Source: Candidatus Thorarchaeota archaeon (GTDB lineage Archaea > Asgardarchaeota > Thorarchaeia > Thorarchaeales > Thorarchaeaceae). From it: DNA of 27,490 bases. Below the pieces are notes generated by a model. It was not told the origin of the DNA, searched no databases, and saw only the letters and a list, made by a program, of their open reading frames with translations. Position 1 is the stretch's first letter. The number at the start of each line of letters is the position of its first letter. A program made the position numbers and the translations under genes. The DNA is taken from contig JAFGAR010000035.1 of the NCBI GenBank assembly GCA_016933575.1, positions 1-27,490 on the forward strand, written 5' to 3'. Shown here in pieces: positions 8,961 through 16,855 of this stretch.

Positions 8961-9827
8961 TTGTCCACTATCAGGAAATTGATGATCTCTGACAAAGAAG
9001 ATGTACTTGAGATCTCTCGACACATTTGGGATGGACATGACTACCTTCCACATATATTTGATAAAATTATGAATGATTGTAGTAGTCATATATTTGGTGC
9101 AGAAGTTAATGGCAAAATCATGGGAGTTGCGAATCTTAGGCTAGTTGAAGAGGGAAAAATTGGTTGGATGGAAGCTCTTAGAGTCCATCCAGAAGTAAGA
9201 GGATTAGGGATTGCTAGAAAACTTACGGAACGTCTAGTAGATGAAGCTAAGCAATTAGGAGTTGAGAAACTCCGTTATGCAACAGCATTTGATAATGACG
9301 CCTCTCTCAAATTGGCATCTAATATTGGTATGAAAAAAGTTGACGAATTTGCAATTAGATGGTTCAATTACTCAGATACTAAAGATCATAATATCATTGC
9401 ATCACAACTTCAGCAAGTCTCAGGGAAAGAATTCTATAAATGCCTGACAGGTCAATCAAAGGTGGACACGAAAGGACACATTGTTTATGATTGGAAAGTC
9501 ATTGATGTTACATTGAAGGGGCTTGAGGATCTGGAAGAATCTGTAGAGTACTGGGTTGAGAAGTCAGGTGAAATTCTACTTTCAGCCTCAATTGGTATTC
9601 TTCACTATTCTAATCATGGCTCTGCGTGGGATTTTACTATCTATGCTTCGAATCGTGAAACCTTTCTTTCACAGATGGTCTGTCATCTGGAGAGAATGGT
9701 TGTGCATAATACTGCCGTTGGCTCTTGTATTGTCCAGCCAGAGTTTGAATCAATCTTATTACACGAATTCAAGTTTTCTGATATTGATGATACAACAAAA
9801 ATGTTACTACTAGAACGGCAACTCTAA
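8961..9827 (+). CDS. GNAT family N-acetyltransferase
   Basis: IWDGHDYLP and acetyl-CoA motif A (WMEALRVHPEVRGLGIA). SD GAGGTGA at 8949-8955 supports TTG 8961 rather than 8886, which would overlap eutA. Confidence 0.88.
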   Translation: MSTIRKLMISDKEDVLEISRHIWDGHDYLPHIFDKIMNDCSSHIFGAEVNGKIMGVANLRLVEEGKIGWMEALRVHPEVRGLGIARKLTERLVDEAKQLGVEKLRYATAFDNDASLKLASNIGMKKVDEFAIRWFNYSDTKDHNIIASQLQQVSGKEFYKCLTGQSKVDTKGHIVYDWKVIDVTLKGLEDLEESVEYWVEKSGEILLSASIGILHYSNHGSAWDFTIYASNRETFLSQMVCHLERMVVHNTAVGSCIVQPEFESILLHEFKFSDIDDTTKMLLLERQL

Positions 9828-11035
9828 GTTTTTTTCTTGTTTCTCAGTTTTCGAACTTGAGAAGTCAGAATATAGTCTACAGGAACGGTGATCCAATCTT
9901 CTGGTGCAACTTGCATAACATCTGCTTTAGGAATCCGAATTGGCTCGTCTTCCCACCACATCAGATGAATATCATCATCCCAGACCTTGTATGTTTCCTT
10001 TATTGCTGGTCTATAACGATTCATAAAAACGAAACCGAGTATTGTTAGGAATGGTAGGGGTATCTGCAAATCGGAATTCATAACAAAGATACCAGATGTT
10101 ATGAAAATAATGATTGTATTGATCAGAGAAAATAGAATGGTTGGGAGAATATCTCCAAGTAGACCTATTCGTAATACTTGCCTTTTTTCAATCATCCCAT
10201 CAAGGCATCTGAATATATCGTTAATGAATCTGAAACGTAGGAAGCTTAGTGCAGCAAATATCGCGAATGCCTCAATTGTTAAGGAGCTAATGTACACAAA
10301 TGATGCTAACAGAGATTCTCTCAGAAGAGGTCCATAGAATCCAATATTGTAAGAGTAAGATATAGAGGTCATCCACACTTCATAATACCAATAACTGTTA
10401 ATTGTCACAAATATGGGAGTAAAGAATACGCCAATCCATAAAATGGTCGCGAAGATTTTATTTCGACTCAGTTGCAAGAAAGGATATGACTCAATATCTC
10501 TCATGGTTAGACCATGCATTTCCTGTGGGGAGGATGTTCTCACAACGAATCTCTTGATAAGTGGGAGACCTATAAACACTGGAATAATTAGAGAAGGAAG
10601 TACGAACAACCGTTCCATTAGATAATAAATGGGACTGACCCACCACATTTCTGTAAATAAAAGAATATACAATATAATTGGTAGAACAAGTGTAATCCCA
10701 GCAGCCAGGAGACCCCGAGGCCACATTCTTTGATTGACTGATTTCTTTGCAACCTTATATGCAAATACCATAGCTGGGAATGAGAGTAAAATTCCTAAGA
10801 TAAAGTTACGACCAAAGATTGTCAAATTGGTAAGATAAAATGAAAGATCGTCAAATAATACTTCAAAATAGGAATTGTATTGTGGTGTGTAAAGAAAGCA
10901 AGTCGTATATGGTGGAAACATGCTAGTGACATCATCAAGATTGATTGAGCCACTCATGGGTATCAGCATAATGAGAAGCGCTCTCAAGAAGAGGTTGATG
11001 GGTTCTTTGAAGCCCCTCACAAGATTCGACATCAT
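9824..11035 (-). CDS. Uncharacterised polytopic membrane protein (paralog of 23564..24685)
   Basis: About 8 hydrophobic segments and ordered motifs shared with the 23564 ORF. Start ATG 11035/11032 was chosen by comparison with the paralog; the ORF is open to 11104. Confidence 0.75.
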   Translation of the reverse strand: MMSNLVRGFKEPINLFLRALLIMLIPMSGSINLDDVTSMFPPYTTCFLYTPQYNSYFEVLFDDLSFYLTNLTIFGRNFILGILLSFPAMVFAYKVAKKSVNQRMWPRGLLAAGITLVLPIILYILLFTEMWWVSPIYYLMERLFVLPSLIIPVFIGLPLIKRFVVRTSSPQEMHGLTMRDIESYPFLQLSRNKIFATILWIGVFFTPIFVTINSYWYYEVWMTSISYSYNIGFYGPLLRESLLASFVYISSLTIEAFAIFAALSFLRFRFINDIFRCLDGMIEKRQVLRIGLLGDILPTILFSLINTIIIFITSGIFVMNSDLQIPLPFLTILGFVFMNRYRPAIKETYKVWDDDIHLMWWEDEPIRIPKADVMQVAPEDWITVPVDYILTSQVRKLRNKKKT

Positions 11036-11156
11036 TCCAGGATAAGTGAAAACAACGAAGCCATATAAAAATGACCAACTGGATAAGGTATCTCGTCGTT
11101 GCAAAAGTCATATAATAGCCCTGTGAGATAGCAATCTTGTCAGAGAAGGCGACATC

Positions 11157-12074
11157 ATGCAGACCACTACTATAACAATTACACCCCCCGATGCATTCAC
11201 GCAACCATTTGAATTCATTATATTTTACATCAATCAATTCCTTCCCTATATCATACTAGTTGGCACATTGATACTGGTAATGATTGTTTATCTAATTGTG
11301 ACAAGAATTGCTAAAAGCTCCCTCCAAGCAATGGGAATGGGAATAGAGGCTTCTTCAGGGATTGTACTTATTCTAAGACTCGTATTCTTCATGGCTGCTA
11401 TCATGATTATAATAGGTACTTTTGAAGCTAGTTTATCCACACTATTGTCTATTACCGCACTCTTTGGTACAGCTTTGGGTCTTGCATTTTCGCAAGCTCT
11501 AGGCAATATTGTAAGTGGTCTGTATGTGCTTGTCACACGTCCTTTTAGAATCGGAGACTATGTGAGAATAGGTACAGTAGAGGGATTGGTCAGAGAAATC
11601 ACACTGAATTATACGAGAATTCTCCTACCTGATGAAACAAAACAACTCGTACCAAACAACAAGGTTGTCGGGAGTGAAGTGACAAATTTCAGAATTGAGA
11701 TGTCTAAGTATATCGAAGAGAGGCAGGAAGAGATTAAAGATGCAGAAGAAGAAAACCAGGGAAGAAGATATGTGCGTTCACTTGAGAGTACCCTAGATCG
11801 ATTAAGAACCCTGACGACTGATTCAAACGGGTACCGATATACTTTCGATTTATCCATTCACATGAGCTACAATCACAAAGAGATGAGGAAGAAATTCGAT
11901 GAGGTCTGTGATAGATGGGCATCTGTCTTTTTGACTAGACCAATTTACTTTGTTTGGGCTAAACCAGTTGCCGCAATCACCTATCGTTTTGCATTCATAG
12001 TCCAAGATCCAATGATAATCATCAAAAGAAGCTCTGATTTCATGGAAGATCTTCTTGAACTCTATATGACATAG
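11157..12074 (+). CDS. mscS: Small-conductance mechanosensitive channel (MscS family)
   Basis: Three TM helices, then GTALGLAFSQALGNIVSG, RPFRIGDYVRIG, GLVREITLNYTRI, VPNNKV. Confidence 0.92.
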   Translation: MQTTTITITPPDAFTQPFEFIIFYINQFLPYIILVGTLILVMIVYLIVTRIAKSSLQAMGMGIEASSGIVLILRLVFFMAAIMIIIGTFEASLSTLLSITALFGTALGLAFSQALGNIVSGLYVLVTRPFRIGDYVRIGTVEGLVREITLNYTRILLPDETKQLVPNNKVVGSEVTNFRIEMSKYIEERQEEIKDAEEENQGRRYVRSLESTLDRLRTLTTDSNGYRYTFDLSIHMSYNHKEMRKKFDEVCDRWASVFLTRPIYFVWAKPVAAITYRFAFIVQDPMIIIKRSSDFMEDLLELYMT

Positions 12075-12087
12075 AGAATCATTCTAT

Positions 12088-12525
12088 CTACTTTGTATAT
12101 CGTGTTTCAAGATCTACAAACCATGGTGCAACCTGTGCATCATCAACCCGGTCAGATGAAGGGAGATATGGTTTGATATCTAAAATTGGAGTCATATCAT
12201 TAGCGTCTATATGGTCGACGCGAATTCGGTGCTTCTTTGTTTGAATTTCCAGTATTTTAGAAATTGTATGACCAATTGGATTTGGGCGAGCAGGGGAACG
12301 GCAAGCAAAGACTCCAGATGGAATAGGACCTTTCCCTCTGGGGGGATTCGCAAGAGTAATACTTCGCTTCTCTGGAGTGTCCATTCCATCAATCCACCAG
12401 AGTATAATGATATGAGAAAATAGTTCAAGATGGGTTGTGGCATCCCAAAAATCCTCTCTAATGACAAGATAATTTTCGTTGTCCGTCTTCTGTACCGTTC
12501 CAATCGGATTGACGATGTATGGCAT
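12088..12525 (-). CDS. trmO: tRNA (t6A37) N6-methyltransferase TrmO/TsaA-like
   Basis: PIGTV, LELFSHIIILWW, GVFACRSPARPNPIG and TPILDIKPY. Confidence 0.9.
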   Translation of the reverse strand: MPYIVNPIGTVQKTDNENYLVIREDFWDATTHLELFSHIIILWWIDGMDTPEKRSITLANPPRGKGPIPSGVFACRSPARPNPIGHTISKILEIQTKKHRIRVDHIDANDMTPILDIKPYLPSSDRVDDAQVAPWFVDLETRYTK

Positions 12526-12596
12526 TGCTTACACTCCATGGATCACTATCGAGATAACAACAGATTAATCCAACTATCTAACAACTCGAGGAACAG

Positions 12597-13091
12597 GTGT
12601 TATGCATATTGGATGAAAAAGCAGTTTCAGAGTCAAAAACTGTAATGACGCAGACAGTCTTTCCTAATGATGTCAATAACAATGGTACTCTCTATGGAGG
12701 AAGATTACTAGATTGGATAGACACACTGGGGGCAATAGTTGCAAAGAGACATAGTCGTAGTGCAGTCGTCACGGTCTCCATTGATTCTCTTAACTTTCTT
12801 GCCCCCACACGTCAAAGAGATATTGTGACCCTTGAGGCTTGGGTCAATTATGTAGGAAGAACCTCTATGGAGATTGAAGTACGAGTCAGCTCAGAGAATC
12901 CTATTACGGCTGAAACTGCTAAGAATTGTAGAGCATTTCTGACCTATGTTGCCATGGATGAGTATGGGAATCCAAAAGAAGTTCCGCCATTGAAACTGAC
13001 TTCTGAAGAGGAGAGAATCCGATTTGAGATGGCTAAGGAGAGAAGGTCAGAGCGACTTAGACATCGCGATCTTGGTGCTGTTGAGTGGTAA
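12597..13091 (+). CDS. Acyl-CoA thioesterase (hotdog fold, YciA-like); start possibly TTG 12609
   Basis: VFPNDVNNNGTLYGGRLLDWID, VTVSIDSLNFLAP, YVGRTSMEIEV and AFLTYVAMD. Confidence 0.93.
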   Translation: MLCILDEKAVSESKTVMTQTVFPNDVNNNGTLYGGRLLDWIDTLGAIVAKRHSRSAVVTVSIDSLNFLAPTRQRDIVTLEAWVNYVGRTSMEIEVRVSSENPITAETAKNCRAFLTYVAMDEYGNPKEVPPLKLTSEEERIRFEMAKERRSERLRHRDLGAVEW

Positions 13092-13775
13092 TCACCAGAG
13101 TGTCTTCTTGACCTTATCCTTTTGCTCTGAACTCAGACCTTCGAATCCCAAGAGATTCTCCTTTGGTATTCCCCAGATATCATCTGAAATGCATTCGAAG
13201 TGATGCCATCTATAGTTCAAGTGATCCATATAATAGGTAGGCTCTCCGACTCGAAGGGCATCCTTTTCGATGTTGTTCCCGCAAGTCTGACATTTGGCAC
13301 GACTGGACTTTGCCGCTTCAATCTTCCAATTATCCTTTGGAATGAACTTTCTTTTTGCAGCTGTTCCAAGATTCATCAGAAACATCTCAGGATCGTCTCC
13401 TACAAGTTCAGGCGTGAATCTTAGAGTGAATTTATCATATTCAGAAATGTCAAATGATACATCGACATTGTTGTTCTTGTAAGACTTCTTGTACTTAGCA
13501 CCTGGAGGATATTGGTTATTCTTTTTCATGAATGTAAATACTTGCTCAGTTAGAATCTTAGTCGCAGCTCGTTTATCCTCTAGATCAACAACGCCGCTTG
13601 CTTTTGCATAATGATAATCTGTATTTATGATGGACATCCCTGTATCAAGTTCTTCCTTGCGCTTCGTTAGGATGACAGAACCAACTGGTACCTTTCCTGT
13701 AATCTTTTGCATAGAGAAATTACTTGAATCAACATAATATGCCCAACTATGATTGAAAGTAACCCAATCAGTCAA
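13092..13775 (-). CDS. Protein with an unknown N-terminal domain and a C-terminal PARP-type zinc finger
   Basis: IEAAKSSRAKCQTC...IEKDALRVG...RWHHFEC...LLGFEGLSSEQKDKVKK gives C-x2-C-x26-H-x2-C with the zf-PARP flanking signatures. SD GAGGTG + 6 nt + TTG 13775; the ORF is open to GTG 13784. Confidence 0.85.
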   Translation of the reverse strand: MTDWVTFNHSWAYYVDSSNFSMQKITGKVPVGSVILTKRKEELDTGMSIINTDYHYAKASGVVDLEDKRAATKILTEQVFTFMKKNNQYPPGAKYKKSYKNNNVDVSFDISEYDKFTLRFTPELVGDDPEMFLMNLGTAAKRKFIPKDNWKIEAAKSSRAKCQTCGNNIEKDALRVGEPTYYMDHLNYRWHHFECISDDIWGIPKENLLGFEGLSSEQKDKVKKTLW

Positions 13776-13893
13776 AACATGCACCTCAAGATATCATAAT
13801 GCATTTTCCATATAAAATCTCATCTAAAATTCGAATGCACATCTCGATGCATTAAAAGGGGGTATAGACTTCATAATTGAACGGGTTGCAACA

Positions 13894-15003
13894 ATGAAGA
13901 CAATCAAGATTGGTAATGTGAAGAGTGAATCTGGCAAAATTAATTATGGATTCATAGATGCAATGGACTTGCCAACTGGAACAAAGGACAGAATCCCAGT
14001 AGTCATTGCTCAAGGGAAAAATGAAGGACCAACATTCTTTCTTACTGCGAATATTCATGGTAACGAACTAACTGGTGTTGCAGTTCTACATGAACTTGTT
14101 ACAGAAGATTTGGTTAAAGATCTGAAGGGAACTATTGTTTCAATACCAACACTCAATCCTACTGCTCTAAGATTATACCAAAGGCATCCAGAATATCAAG
14201 ATGAAGACCCTAACCGACAATTTCCAGAAGGTCCGTTCGCAAGACCAGATGAAGATGATGAAGATAAGAAATACCCAAAGCCCTTCGAACAGGTTGCAAA
14301 TCTGCTTTATTCATACTTTAAAAAATATGCAGACTATCATCTCGACATCCACAATCATTCTCTACGCTCAGTACCGTATTCAATCATAGACCGTATTTTC
14401 TATGATGGAGATGATGACAAGAAAGAAGCAGAAGAACTAGCAAAGAAACAATTGGGCATGGTGGAAGCTTTTGGAGCTGGAGCAATGATGACAGCAGATT
14501 TTCCACCAAAGAAATACCTGAATCTGAAATATCATCGTTCACTGTCAGGTGCCGTACTCAACTCGTTGAGAATACCAGCCTTTACCGTAGAATTGGGGAG
14601 CAATAGTGTTCTCTATCCTGAAATCATCGCAGGGGCTGTGAAAGCTACAAGAAACCTGCTTCGATGGGCAGGGATGCTTAATTCTCCTAAAGAGAAAATC
14701 ACTGAATATTCCGTCCCAATTCCTGAATATCGTCTTAGACGAATTGAACATCCCAGAGCAAACCAATCCGGGATAATCAAGTTATTAGTTGGACCAGGTG
14801 AAAAAGTGACTAAGGGACAAGCTATAGCAAAGATCACGGATATTCATGGAAGACCAATAGGCGAAGGCATTATCAAGACTGAGTATGATGGATACATGAT
14901 AGCACTCCGTGACCAGATGACCATCTACCCAAATATGGGCATTGCAGAGATGGGTATCAGAGATGTGGATGAGATTGTAGTGCCAATGCCTCCGAAAAAA
15001 TGA
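13894..15003 (+). CDS. Succinylglutamate desuccinylase/aspartoacylase family (M14) zinc hydrolase
   Basis: ANIHGNE (HxxE), DPNRQFP, HLDIH, FTVELG and a C-terminal barrel-sandwich segment (SGII...GEKVTKGQAIAKI). Confidence 0.9.
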   Translation: MKTIKIGNVKSESGKINYGFIDAMDLPTGTKDRIPVVIAQGKNEGPTFFLTANIHGNELTGVAVLHELVTEDLVKDLKGTIVSIPTLNPTALRLYQRHPEYQDEDPNRQFPEGPFARPDEDDEDKKYPKPFEQVANLLYSYFKKYADYHLDIHNHSLRSVPYSIIDRIFYDGDDDKKEAEELAKKQLGMVEAFGAGAMMTADFPPKKYLNLKYHRSLSGAVLNSLRIPAFTVELGSNSVLYPEIIAGAVKATRNLLRWAGMLNSPKEKITEYSVPIPEYRLRRIEHPRANQSGIIKLLVGPGEKVTKGQAIAKITDIHGRPIGEGIIKTEYDGYMIALRDQMTIYPNMGIAEMGIRDVDEIVVPMPPKK

Positions 15004-15008
15004 TTGTT

Positions 15009-16739
15009 TTATCCGGACGTAAAGAAGAGCTTAGAGACCGCAGAGCGAAGATCATCCTCTGATAGATATCCCGACATTTGATCCTCACCCAGATGGATAG
15101 TGGGCAGAGCAGGGAGATCTTCCTCTGATACACCACTTGCAGGATCATCCACATTTATTGTCTTTATAGAAGAGGTACTGACTCCCATTTCAGAGAGAAT
15201 TGAAACAAGACTATTCAACACTGGACCACAAAAAACGCAGTGGTCAGATTTGTAAAACAGAATAGTTGGAATCCTTAGTTCTTCCTTCCATGCAGGAAGT
15301 AAGACAACAAACTTTGAACCTTGACTATAATCACCAGATACTCTGTCTTCCACCCAGATTTTGCCGCCTATATCAGATAGATATCTATCAACTACTGTGA
15401 GGCTAAGACCTCTTCCTGCAAGTTGCTCTTTAACCTCTCCGCCTCTTCTAAAGATCTGAGTTTTCTCCGCATCATTCATACCTGGACCATAGTCTTCAAA
15501 TTCGATGCGGACCATATCCCCAACTTCTGTTAGTTCAGCACTGATATCGACCTGTACAATATCATTTGTATCAATACTACTGCAGTAGTGGATAATATTG
15601 AAGAACACGTACCAGAGAAAAGCATGTCCCACGACTTCAAATTTAATATTCTCAATATTCGTACTAATCTCGAGAGTCTTCCATTCAAAATCTCGCATGG
15701 CTTCACGAGTGGCTTTATTGAAATGTGGAAGCAGACGAGTCTGTACCTTATCTGGAGGGGATTGATCCAAAGATATCAGAATTCCCATATTTGCTATCAT
15801 TCGTCCAGCATTCCGGAGACTCCATGCAGTTTCGCTCAATAGTCCTTTGAGTCGGTCAGGTAATTCCAATGAGATGCTTAAATCTTCCAGAGCAAACAGA
15901 ACGTTCTGATTTGTCATGTTCAAATCGCTAGTCATCACTTCGAGGTAGAGATTCGCTCTCTCACTCTCTTCTCTTAGGTGCTGTTCAATGATTCGTCGAC
16001 GTGTAATATCTATGGCAGTAAGTCCAATCTCTATAGGTCTTTCAATACCTGACGAAAGCGCCCGGGATGAAACGCTTGCCCAGATTGATTTACCATCTTT
16101 GCCGAGCATCTCCATCTCAAGGCCAGATATGCTCTTTCCTCGAATTACTTCTCGTATGATATCTTCGCCAGGGTTGTAGCCGGGTTTAGGTTCTGGAAGA
16201 AAATCTGTGATGAGTCGCCCAATCATATCTTCAGCATCGAATCTAAGTAACTCTTCAGCAGCAGCATTTACTTGTTCGATCATTCCATTTCGATTAAGCG
16301 TGAAATATGCAACAGGAGACATATCATAAAGTGAGGCAAATCGATTCTCTAACTCAGTGACAGCTGCTTCTAGTTCTATCACCTTTGAGATATTCTTAAT
16401 GCTAGCGATGACAGCTGGATGTCCCTGCATAATAGTCGATGTTGGTTTTATTTCTACGTGCAGAATGCTCTTATTCTTGGATACTAATCGAGTTGAGAAT
16501 TTTGATAGGTTCTTCCCTGAAATGAGCGACTCTATCTTCTGGCTGTCATGTCTGCGTGAGGTGGGTTCCACAAGATCCTCAAAGGCGGTATCAATGATTT
16601 CTTCTGACTCGTACTCTATCATCTCAGCAAATGCCTCATTTGTCATTATGATATCCTCATCCTGAATGACAATCATGCCTTCATTGACAATATCAAGGAT
16701 CTTCTGAGTCCATTCCGCATCCTGTGTGGGATTTGACAA
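15009..16739 (-). CDS. PAS-PAS / pseudo-histidine kinase / C-terminal thioredoxin-like (CVFC) fusion protein
   Basis: Two PAS domains. H-box LEVMTSDLN has Ser where His is expected. Degenerate HATPase (FNIIHYC, EDYGPGM, GRGLSL, GGKIWVED, GSKFVVLLP). The tail FYKSDHCVFCGPV...INVD...ALPTI is thioredoxin-like. SD GAGGTG + 6 nt + TTG 16739; the ORF is open to 16748. Confidence 0.85.
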   Translation of the reverse strand: MSNPTQDAEWTQKILDIVNEGMIVIQDEDIIMTNEAFAEMIEYESEEIIDTAFEDLVEPTSRRHDSQKIESLISGKNLSKFSTRLVSKNKSILHVEIKPTSTIMQGHPAVIASIKNISKVIELEAAVTELENRFASLYDMSPVAYFTLNRNGMIEQVNAAAEELLRFDAEDMIGRLITDFLPEPKPGYNPGEDIIREVIRGKSISGLEMEMLGKDGKSIWASVSSRALSSGIERPIEIGLTAIDITRRRIIEQHLREESERANLYLEVMTSDLNMTNQNVLFALEDLSISLELPDRLKGLLSETAWSLRNAGRMIANMGILISLDQSPPDKVQTRLLPHFNKATREAMRDFEWKTLEISTNIENIKFEVVGHAFLWYVFFNIIHYCSSIDTNDIVQVDISAELTEVGDMVRIEFEDYGPGMNDAEKTQIFRRGGEVKEQLAGRGLSLTVVDRYLSDIGGKIWVEDRVSGDYSQGSKFVVLLPAWKEELRIPTILFYKSDHCVFCGPVLNSLVSILSEMGVSTSSIKTINVDDPASGVSEEDLPALPTIHLGEDQMSGYLSEDDLRSAVSKLFFTSG

Positions 16740-16800
16740 TCTCAACACCTCAAGTTATTTCCAATACACTGTCATTGATAAAAGAATGTAGGGAGTCATA

Positions 16801-16845
16801 AAAAGAAAAGAGGGGGCCATTTTCAATCGAAATGGCCCATTTTCT
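16801..16845 (-). terminator. Hairpin plus T-rich tract downstream of the transglutaminase-like gene
   Basis: GGGCCATTT (16814-16822) and AAATGGCCC (16830-16838) form a 9-bp stem, followed on the minus strand by CCTCTTTTCTTTT. Confidence 0.7.
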
Positions 16846-16855
16846 AAAAATAAGT

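Noticed and set aside
6439-13092. Overlapping or abutting convergent gene ends (6439-6452, 9824-9827, 13091/13092) as antisense regulation
   Set aside because: This is ordinary in compact archaeal genomes, and there is no further evidence.
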